DNA of 32,000 nucleotides from Acinetobacter wanghuae (GTDB lineage Bacteria; Pseudomonadota; Gammaproteobacteria; Pseudomonadales; Moraxellaceae): assembly GCF_009557235.1 (NCBI RefSeq), contig NZ_CP045650.1, positions 1,560,001 to 1,592,000 of the forward strand, in the 5' to 3' direction. Shown here one piece after another: positions 25,000 through 32,000 of this stretch. The notes under the pieces are model-generated. The model ran no database searches. It worked only from the letters and a program-made list of their open reading frames with translations, and was not told the origin of the DNA. Each line of letters begins with the position of its first letter. Positions within the stretch are counted from its first letter, which is position 1. A program made the position numbers and the translations under genes.

Positions 25000-26138
25000 T
25001 AAGGTACCTCTCGACAGTCGGTCGAACCAAACCACATATCACGAATAGTGGCTAACATTTCATAATTAGCACGGCGGCTATGGTCATAATTGTGTACGCT
25101 TGGACGCCATGCAGTCAAAGCACTCGGCATCGGTGCTTCAACAGGGATGGTTTGAATCCCATTTAAAGCAAAAAGACGGCGTGTACGTGGCATATGATAA
25201 CGATCCGTAATTAAAATCACGGTCGGTGCACCACCTTTTTTCTGCAACAACAATGAACTAAACCGGGTATTTTCACAGGTGTTCATGCTGCGGTCTTCGA
25301 GTAACTTGGCATCAACATCATAATTTTTCAGCCAACGTTGCATATACGGTGCTTCAACCCCACTCAGCACAATCGGAAGACGATATTGCTTCTCGACTTT
25401 TAAGGTGGTTTCTAGGCGCAGACGGGTGTAATCGTTGACGATAATATCTTCGCCATTGTCATGTAAGGTCAAGCCACCACCAAGCACCACAATCGCATAG
25501 GGCTGAGATACTGCTTGATCTTGCGTTTGAGCTGTTTTATTGGCGTAAATTTCAGATGCTGCATCAATATCTGAGGCTGCATTGCTGATCGCTGCTTCGT
25601 ATTCAGATAAATCATGCATGGTTAAAAATTCAGTATATTGATCAATCTGTTCTTTATTTTCAGAACTGTTCCAATTTAATAATTCAACAACATTTTGACT
25701 TGGATCAATAGGTGCTTGCTGGTTATTTTTAACCAACAATGGGACTTGTATATTTTCTTTTTGCGCTTGCGCTTTTTCTTCTTGTTCCTCACGTTGCAGA
25801 TTCAACAACTGTTCTTGAAGAATTTTATAGCGTGCTTGAATTAAAGTGATATTTTCCGAACCATGTTCCGAAATATCTTGTTCCATGACTTTTAAATATG
25901 CCTGACGAGCAATCCATAAATCTGAGCCTGGTTCTAAATTTTCATTTTCACTTAAAGCAGCTTGCTTTTGACTTTGTGCCGCAATTTCATTCACTTCAAA
26001 AGGCACAAAGGTATTCAGCCCTTTTACCACCAAACGAGAATAAAAGGGCGAATATAAAAACACCAAAAAACAGCCGAATAGCACAAATAGCACCGAAATG
26101 TATTTGACTAGACGAACCATCCAATGGGTATCATTCAT
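24999..26138 (-). CDS. DUF218 (YdcF/ElyC-like) envelope-associated protein with an N-terminal TM helix and a coiled-coil region
   Basis: 379-aa product with a hydrophobic N-terminus and a Q/E-rich helical region. The C-terminal blocks (IVVLGGG ... PIVLSG ... SMNTCENTRFS ... ILITDRYHMPRTRRLF) fit DUF218. Confidence 0.75.
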   Translation of the reverse strand: MNDTHWMVRLVKYISVLFVLFGCFLVFLYSPFYSRLVVKGLNTFVPFEVNEIAAQSQKQAALSENENLEPGSDLWIARQAYLKVMEQDISEHGSENITLIQARYKILQEQLLNLQREEQEEKAQAQKENIQVPLLVKNNQQAPIDPSQNVVELLNWNSSENKEQIDQYTEFLTMHDLSEYEAAISNAASDIDAASEIYANKTAQTQDQAVSQPYAIVVLGGGLTLHDNGEDIIVNDYTRLRLETTLKVEKQYRLPIVLSGVEAPYMQRWLKNYDVDAKLLEDRSMNTCENTRFSSLLLQKKGGAPTVILITDRYHMPRTRRLFALNGIQTIPVEAPMPSALTAWRPSVHNYDHSRRANYEMLATIRDMWFGSTDCREVP

Positions 26139-26141
26139 GCA

Positions 26142-27182
26142 TTAATTTTCCTGATGTGAACGAATCAAGCCCTGCTCATCAAATAAAACAGGCTCAGGTT
26201 CAAGTGCGATATTAAATTGATTCCATACATCCTGCTGAACTGCTCGATATGTAGCACGAACGTCTTTGAGTGATGCATCAGCATAATTGACCAAAACAAG
26301 TGCTTGTTTATGGAACATACCAACGACACCCAATTGCTTGCCTTTCCAGCCACTTTGGTCAATCAGCCAACCTGCGGCTATCTTAACGTGATCGTTGGGC
26401 TGAGGATAATGAGGTAATTGTGGGAATTTTTGTGCAATTTGGTCAAATACTTTTTGCTCAAGTACAGGATTTTTAAAGAAACTGCCCACATTGGGATATT
26501 CTTGTGGATTAGGCAATTTACTTTGACGAATATGAATCACCTGACGTTGCAAGTTTTCTGCTGTCTGTTCATCAGCCACTGCTGCTTTTAAATCCCCATA
26601 ATTGAGTTTCAAATGTGCTTGCTTGAGTAATTTGAAGATCACATGCGTAATCACGTAACGGTTAGGATCATCTTTAAAAATACTATGCCGATAAGCAAAG
26701 TCGCAATCTTTGGCAGCAATTGCGCTAAATTGTTTCAGTTTACGGTCATAGACTTCAACTGAATCAATAAACTCACCCACTTCTACCCCATACGCACCAA
26801 TATTTTGTACAGGTGAAGCACCCACCAAACCGGGAATAAGCGCAAGGTTCTGTAAACCATACAACTGCTCTTTGGTCGTCCATAGCACAAAATCATGCCA
26901 AATTTGACCTGCCCCAACCTTTAAACGTTGTTGGACATCATCGCCATCTAATAATTCAATGCCTTGAATATCCATATGTAGCACAAGCGCATGAATGTGT
27001 TCTGGCAATAACATATTGCTACCGCCAGAGAGAATTAAAATATTCAGCTGTTGTTGCTCGGCAAAATCAAGTGCAGCAAGCAAGTCTTCAGTGGATGTTA
27101 TTTTTGTATAGTGCGAAGCAATCGCATCTAAATTCAACGTATTAAAGGGCTTAAGTTGAACCTGTGTCTGAATATGCATCAC
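26142..27182 (-). CDS. murB: UDP-N-acetylenolpyruvoylglucosamine reductase
   Basis: 346-aa product. It has [46 protein letters not shown] and VGSFFKNP, matching my recollection of E. coli MurB. Confidence 0.94.
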   Translation of the reverse strand: MMHIQTQVQLKPFNTLNLDAIASHYTKITSTEDLLAALDFAEQQQLNILILSGGSNMLLPEHIHALVLHMDIQGIELLDGDDVQQRLKVGAGQIWHDFVLWTTKEQLYGLQNLALIPGLVGASPVQNIGAYGVEVGEFIDSVEVYDRKLKQFSAIAAKDCDFAYRHSIFKDDPNRYVITHVIFKLLKQAHLKLNYGDLKAAVADEQTAENLQRQVIHIRQSKLPNPQEYPNVGSFFKNPVLEQKVFDQIAQKFPQLPHYPQPNDHVKIAAGWLIDQSGWKGKQLGVVGMFHKQALVLVNYADASLKDVRATYRAVQQDVWNQFNIALEPEPVLFDEQGLIRSHQEN

Positions 27183-27689
27183 TTAAACCTTAAGAATTTT
27201 TTGTTTAAAAATTTCAACCCAAGCCAAACTACTTGACTCACATTGATCAATCACGCGTTCAAAGCCCGCTGCACCACCATAATAGGGATCGGGTAAGGCT
27301 TGTTTTGGATAATCTGAATCATGTTCGCTCATGAGCGCCACCTCTGCACGGAGATGTCCAAATTCACGTTTGGCTTGTGCTTGTAACGCCAAGATATCCG
27401 CTAAATTATCATGATCCATCGCAAGGATGAGATCAAATTCAATAAAATCATGCGTTTTCAATTGGCGTGCACGTAGGCTCGATAAATCATAACCACGCTT
27501 TAGCGCATGTTCCTGACTACGCGTATCAGGCGCTTTATTGGGATGATAATTACTAGTTCCCGCAGAATCGACCATGACATTGAGTTCTTGTTCATCACAA
27601 TAATGTCTAAGAATCACTTCTGCCGTGGGAGAACGACAAATATTTCCCAAACATACACATAACACCTTAAATGGCGTTTTGGATGACAT
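27183..27689 (-). CDS. Low-molecular-weight protein-tyrosine phosphatase
   Basis: The start was trimmed to the ATG at 27689, with GAGG 6 nt upstream. The active-site loop is CVCLGNICRSP and a DPYYG motif is present. Its stop abuts the murB start. Confidence 0.88.
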   Translation of the reverse strand: MSSKTPFKVLCVCLGNICRSPTAEVILRHYCDEQELNVMVDSAGTSNYHPNKAPDTRSQEHALKRGYDLSSLRARQLKTHDFIEFDLILAMDHDNLADILALQAQAKREFGHLRAEVALMSEHDSDYPKQALPDPYYGGAAGFERVIDQCESSSLAWVEIFKQKILKV

Positions 27690-27807
27690 AAACAACCTCA
27701 GCATCGCTTTATTTCTAAGATTCTTATGTTAAGTTATTTAGATAATGAATCCTATATCACAACGACAGAATAATTTTGAATTTGATATAAAAATGAAGGA
27801 CAACAAG

Positions 27808-28968
27808 ATGAATCGATTTCAGTTCCAAACAGTGCCCAATATCATTGCAGGCTTAGGCACAATTCAAGAACTCAGACACATCCTTCAAGAAGGTCATTAT
27901 GAGCGAGTGCTTGTGGTCAGTGATTCCGTACTCATTGAGAAAAACCTCCATCATCCTATTTTAGAAATTATTGAAGCTATTGGCATTGATTATGCCATTT
28001 ATTCCGATGTGGTCGCAGATCCTGCTGAACATATCGTACTTGATGCGGTAGCCTTCGCCAAACAAGAAAATATTGATATTGTGCTTGGTTTTGGAGGTGG
28101 TAGTTCTTTAGATGTTGCCAAACTGATTGCAATATTAACTCATCCGAATCAGCATCAATCTCTTACAGATTTATACGGTGTAGGCAATGTAAAAGGTCCT
28201 CGATTACCTTTAATTGTCATCCCAACCACAGCCGGTACAGGTTCAGAAGTTACGCCTATTTCGATTGTCACAACTGGTGAAACTACTAAAACTGGAATTG
28301 TTTCTCCCATTCTTTATGCCGATACCGCAATTTTGGATGCGACCTTTACGCAAGATTTACCGCGGCATATCACAGCAGCCACAGGCATTGATGCGATGGT
28401 GCATGCCATTGAAGCCTATACCTCTAAAATCAAAAAAAATCCCTACTCGGATATGCTCGCGAAACATGCATTGAAGCTGCTTAATGCAAACCTAAACCGT
28501 GTTTTAAATGATGGTTCGGATTTAGAAGCGCGACAAAATATGCTGGTGGGTTCGATGCTCGCAGGTCAAGCTTTTGCCAATGCACCTGTCGCAGCAGTGC
28601 ATGCCATGGCTTATCCGTTGGGTGGACATTTTCATATTTCACATGGGCACAGTAATGCGTTGGTACTCACTGAAGTCCTGAAATTCAATGCGCCCGCAGC
28701 CAAACAACACTATGCCGAACTGATGACATGGCTTGACCCGTATAGCAAGGGCTGCCATGAAGGCTTAACCGATTTATTTATTGATCATTTTAATAATCAT
28801 CTAAAGAAAAGTGGGCTTAAACTTAAGCTAAATGAATTTGACGTCCCGGAGCATATGCTCATGATCATGGCGGAAGATGCCATGAAGCAAACGCGTTTAT
28901 TACAAAATAATCCGCGTGAAATGACACTTGAAGATGCGTATGGCATTTACCAAGCTATTTATGCCTAA
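27808..28968 (+). CDS. Iron-containing (group III) alcohol dehydrogenase
   Basis: The start was trimmed to the ATG at 27808, with GAAGGA 7 nt upstream. It has GFGGGSSLDVAK, IPTTAGTGSEVT, and the His-rich metal site HAIEAYTS ... HAMAYPLGGHFHISHGHSNA. Confidence 0.88.
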   Translation: MNRFQFQTVPNIIAGLGTIQELRHILQEGHYERVLVVSDSVLIEKNLHHPILEIIEAIGIDYAIYSDVVADPAEHIVLDAVAFAKQENIDIVLGFGGGSSLDVAKLIAILTHPNQHQSLTDLYGVGNVKGPRLPLIVIPTTAGTGSEVTPISIVTTGETTKTGIVSPILYADTAILDATFTQDLPRHITAATGIDAMVHAIEAYTSKIKKNPYSDMLAKHALKLLNANLNRVLNDGSDLEARQNMLVGSMLAGQAFANAPVAAVHAMAYPLGGHFHISHGHSNALVLTEVLKFNAPAAKQHYAELMTWLDPYSKGCHEGLTDLFIDHFNNHLKKSGLKLKLNEFDVPEHMLMIMAEDAMKQTRLLQNNPREMTLEDAYGIYQAIYA

Positions 28969-29004
28969 ACTCGTTTAAATCAATACAAATACGACTCACA
29001 ATTT

Positions 29005-29445
29005 ATGAAAATAGCAATTAAACAACGTCAAGATTATGCCTTCTTTTTGCCCATCCAAACCCGTTGGGCCGACAATGATATGTTTGGACATGTCAATAAC
29101 GTCACTTATTACAGCTATTTCGATACCGCAGCAAACGCTTTATTGATTCAACATGCCGGTTTCGACCCAAAGCAATCTCCCATGATTGGTTTGGTGGTCA
29201 ATTCAAACTGCCAATTTAATCAAGAGTTGTCTTATCCTGAAGTGATTGAGGTCGGGGTCGCTATTGAGCGTATCGGACGATCATCCTTAACCTATGATTT
29301 AGCCATTTTTAAACAGGGTCAAACCGAAGCAGCAGCCCAAGGCAATTTTGTGCATGTGTTTGTCGAGCGTGAGACACGAAAAAGCACCTCGATTCCGTTT
29401 GAAATGCGAGGTGCTTTAGCTCAATTTTTGTCAGCAGATAAGTAG
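29005..29445 (+). CDS. 4HBT/YbgC-like acyl-CoA thioesterase (hotdog fold)
   Basis: 146-aa product with RWADNDMFGHVNNVTYYSYFD, the typical catalytic-Asp N-terminal block. Confidence 0.8.
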   Translation: MKIAIKQRQDYAFFLPIQTRWADNDMFGHVNNVTYYSYFDTAANALLIQHAGFDPKQSPMIGLVVNSNCQFNQELSYPEVIEVGVAIERIGRSSLTYDLAIFKQGQTEAAAQGNFVHVFVERETRKSTSIPFEMRGALAQFLSADK

Positions 29446-29447
29446 CT

Positions 29448-31490
29448 TTATTTCAGCTGAATATTGTGTAATTCACCATCAAATTGTTTCAGTAAATCCT
29501 GTACCGCAGGCTCAGCATGTAACAGTTCTTCAGCGCGTTTAAATGCACGCGCTTTACGATCATGTTGCATGCTATATGGGGTCAGTTGTTCAACATCTTC
29601 AAATTTGACACTAAACACGGTTTGCGGCCACTGTGATTTGAGCGCAGCTTCTAAATTATGCTGTAACTGTGTCAATAGCTGTTGATATTGCTCAGGTACA
29701 TGGAAAGTCGATTCTGCATTAATCGATCCCAACATAATCCCGTACTGTGCTAACTCTTGTACCGCCGGTGAAAGTTGACTATTACGGAACCAATATTCCC
29801 ATTTTTCAACCGTCCACTCACCGTCTAACACCTGTTCAGGAATTTTTAAAATATCCTGTGGCATTAAGGTTTGATCGGCTGAGCTTTCATTGCTTAAAGC
29901 TGTCACAGATGCGGATTGAATTTCGGCTTCAGTTATATCAATGTTTGCAGCTACTTGTGACGTTTCAGATGCGGTAGAGGCTTGTTCAGGGAGGTACTCC
30001 GCTAACAGGAAATCATCGCTACTGGCTTCCGATTCAACTTCAACTGTTTCAGCAATAGCCTCATCAAAACCAAACAAGCCATCTTCGACACTGGCATCAA
30101 AAATGATGTGATCTTTTGTTGGCTCAGCAGCTTGAACTACAGTTTCTGCGTTTACAACATGTTGATCCACAACTTCATCTAAAAAATCATCGGATGATGG
30201 CTCATGCGCAACCACAGTTGATGACTGAACAGAATCATCTTCAAGTTCATAATCATCATCAAGCGGGAATTCTTCAACCACAGGCTGAACGGTTTTCTGA
30301 ACTACTGCTTGCATTTGAGGTTGAGCAATTGCTACCTGTTCAATGGATTGTACGTGTGCAACTTGCTGAACATTAACCGCACTGCTCTGAGGAATTTCAT
30401 TGACCTGTAATGGACGGAATGCCAATAAGCGCAGCACCGTCATTTCAAAGCCTTGCTCTTGCGTCACTGCCAGTTGTAAATCCGCACGACCTTTGCAAGC
30501 AATTTGATAATACAACTGCAAATCTTGCGCTGATATTGAGCCTGATAATTGCATGATTTTTTGATTAATCTCAGCGCTGTATTTTAGGCTTAGATCTGGC
30601 AAATATTGTAATAATGCCAATTCATGCAACATCGAAATCAATTGATCCAACACGAGCGATACATCAAGTGCTTGTTGACGAAACTGGAACAACAACTCAC
30701 TGACACGTGACTTGTGATTCTGATGAATCGCCATAATCAGGTCATAAATAATAGTGCGATCAATGAGCCCCAGCATTTCTTTGACATCTTGATGGGCAAT
30801 TGCACCTTGACCATAAGCAATGGCTTGATCGGTCAGTGACAACGCATCACGTAGTGACCCTTGCGCAGACTCAGCGATTTGCCAAATGGCATCTTGATCA
30901 GCATGAATGCTTTCGAGTCCAAGAATATGACCGAGATGATGCGTAATTTCATCGACTGCCAAGGGACGCAAGGTAAATTGCAAACAGCGTGAAATGACCG
31001 TAATCGGTAGCTTTTGTGGATCTGTCGTTGCAAATAAGAACTTCACATGTTCAGGCGGTTCTTCCAATGTTTTCAATAAAGCATTGAAAGAATGCGTTGA
31101 TAGCATGTGCACTTCATCGATGAGATAGACCTTAAAGCGCCCTTGCGTTGGTGCATACGGCACGTTATCAAGCAGTTCACGCGTATCTTCGACTTTGGTC
31201 CGCGATGCCGCATCAATCTCGATTAAATCGATAAAACGACCTTCATTGACTGCGGTGCAGGTTGGACAAACTTCACATGGGGTCGAAGTCACACCAGTTT
31301 CACAGTTCAAGCACTTCGCCAAAATACGCGCAATGGTGGTTTTCCCGACACCACGTGTTCCCGTAAACAAATACGCATGGTGCAAACGGCCACGCTCAAG
31401 CGCACTCGTTAAGGCACGTGAAACGTGGTTTTGACCCACCAATTCGTTAAAATTACGAGGACGATATTTTCGCGCAAGTACTTGATACAT
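29448..31490 (-). CDS. dnaX: DNA polymerase III subunit tau/gamma
   Basis: 680-aa product. It has MYQVLARKYRPRNFNELVGQ, Walker A GTRGVGKTT, the Zn module CETGVTSTPCEVCPTC, the Walker B motif YLIDEVHML and SRC. A long acidic linker precedes the C-terminal tau domain. Confidence 0.95.
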   Translation of the reverse strand: MYQVLARKYRPRNFNELVGQNHVSRALTSALERGRLHHAYLFTGTRGVGKTTIARILAKCLNCETGVTSTPCEVCPTCTAVNEGRFIDLIEIDAASRTKVEDTRELLDNVPYAPTQGRFKVYLIDEVHMLSTHSFNALLKTLEEPPEHVKFLFATTDPQKLPITVISRCLQFTLRPLAVDEITHHLGHILGLESIHADQDAIWQIAESAQGSLRDALSLTDQAIAYGQGAIAHQDVKEMLGLIDRTIIYDLIMAIHQNHKSRVSELLFQFRQQALDVSLVLDQLISMLHELALLQYLPDLSLKYSAEINQKIMQLSGSISAQDLQLYYQIACKGRADLQLAVTQEQGFEMTVLRLLAFRPLQVNEIPQSSAVNVQQVAHVQSIEQVAIAQPQMQAVVQKTVQPVVEEFPLDDDYELEDDSVQSSTVVAHEPSSDDFLDEVVDQHVVNAETVVQAAEPTKDHIIFDASVEDGLFGFDEAIAETVEVESEASSDDFLLAEYLPEQASTASETSQVAANIDITEAEIQSASVTALSNESSADQTLMPQDILKIPEQVLDGEWTVEKWEYWFRNSQLSPAVQELAQYGIMLGSINAESTFHVPEQYQQLLTQLQHNLEAALKSQWPQTVFSVKFEDVEQLTPYSMQHDRKARAFKRAEELLHAEPAVQDLLKQFDGELHNIQLK

Positions 31491-31625
31491 GTATGCTCCT
31501 TTTTACAGGTTTAAGCATACTGTTTTTTTGCTCAATAGTGAAATAAATACAAGACGAGCCATAACAAAAATATGCGGCTAAAATTCAAATGAAATCTATT
31601 TTAAAACAAATGCTTTGGACTCAAA

Positions 31626-32000
31626 TTAGACTTCACGCGCTAAGATAAAATCACTTTGCATTTGATAACGTTTGCCTGTTTGATCTTCACGTATTTCTAA
31701 AACTTGGCTTTCAAGGTCAATAAATAACAGATTTCGCTTTGTCACTTGTAGCAGTTCAACTTTGTTTGCATCCTTTGAATCAAAATGCAGATGACCTTGG
31801 ATGGTTTCGACCTCATTATTTCCACTCATACTTTCCCGATACAAAGTATAAGTCTGGTCTTCATGCAAACTTAAGCTAACCGCCATACCTGGACAATCTT
31901 CACAACGTGACAAACAGCCCATACAAGGTGTTGTACCCTGATAATCCCCGACCCACTGTGGAATGTGCGCTTTAGCTTGAATAGCTTCTTTAGATGAAAC
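31626..32000 (-). CDS. NlpE N-terminal-domain (copper-resistance-like) protein, with its 5' end outside the window
   Basis: The reading frame stays open upstream of the ORF-track Met to the window edge (VSSKEAIQAKAHIPQWVGDYQGTTPCMGCLSRCEDCPGMAVSL...). The Y-x-G-x-x-P-C ... C-x-G pattern and a lipocalin-like beta-rich remainder fit this domain. Confidence 0.6.
   Translation of the reverse strand, partial: VSSKEAIQAKAHIPQWVGDYQGTTPCMGCLSRCEDCPGMAVSLSLHEDQTYTLYRESMSGNNEVETIQGHLHFDSKDANKVELLQVTKRNLLFIDLESQVLEIREDQTGKRYQMQSDFILAREV

Noticed and set aside
6030-27745. Longer ORF-track starts for several genes: 322, 927, 6030, 7091, 10837, 12326, 13681, 17605, 20569, 25035, 27704 and 27745.
   Set aside because: In each case an internal ATG has a properly spaced SD and gives the family-typical N-terminus (for example MRHYEIV for S6, the lipoprotein signal for CyoA, MTYCC for Anbu). 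Several of the extensions also overlap the upstream gene.
30541-30575. An A6 run (CAA AAA ATC on the coding strand) in dnaX as a possible gamma frameshift or slippage site.
   Set aside because: It is in the wrong register for an X XXY YYZ heptamer. It also lies at about residue 310, inside domain III, where truncation would destroy the clamp-loader core.
1-32000. Looked for CRISPR arrays, tRNA/rRNA genes, IS elements, transposases, integrases, and long direct or terminal inverted repeats.
   Set aside because: None was recognisable by eye. Every long ORF has a plausible non-mobile assignment, and the intergenic regions show only terminator hairpins and short palindromes. A computational scan (tRNAscan, Infernal, ISfinder) would be needed to be certain.

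Overview
This window looks like chromosomal DNA from an Acinetobacter-like (Moraxellaceae) gammaproteobacterium. That assignment is inferred from protein motifs, gene order and roughly 40% GC judged by eye; no database search was possible. Most of it is conserved housekeeping. It contains divergent ppsR/ppsA, the cyoABCDE cytochrome bo3 oxidase operon, rpsF-rpsR-rplI, dnaB-alr, a ptp-murB-DUF218-hydrolase operon, an iron-containing alcohol dehydrogenase, a thioesterase and dnaX. The window edges hold a glycine-zipper gene pair (5' end) and a partial NlpE-like gene (3' end). I found no tRNA, rRNA, CRISPR array, transposase or integrase.

The most interesting block is 16.3-21.8 kb, which lies between a bidirectional hairpin/T-tract terminator (16280-16312) and a weaker hairpin at 21749-21772. 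It holds a complete four-gene Anbu-type module: circularly permuted ATP-grasp ligase, alpha-E protein, transglutaminase-fold protein and a proteasome-beta-like Ntn peptidase. The gene set has been described, but to my knowledge its biological function has not. A WYL-domain HTH regulator is divergently transcribed from it. A short BLUF blue-light photoreceptor gene follows it on the same strand with no visible terminator between them.

Other points worth a second look:
- cyoB is split into three ORFs by two frameshifts at short homopolymer runs, either a pseudogene or sequencing error.
- A small promoter/SD/16-codon ORF/hairpin unit lies in the AT-rich spacer at 21.75-22.02 kb.
- An unusually long AT-rich spacer separates two convergent genes at about 2.0-2.35 kb.
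- The alpha-E protein is unusually short.

All family calls rest on motifs I recognise by eye and should be confirmed by HMM or BLAST searches.
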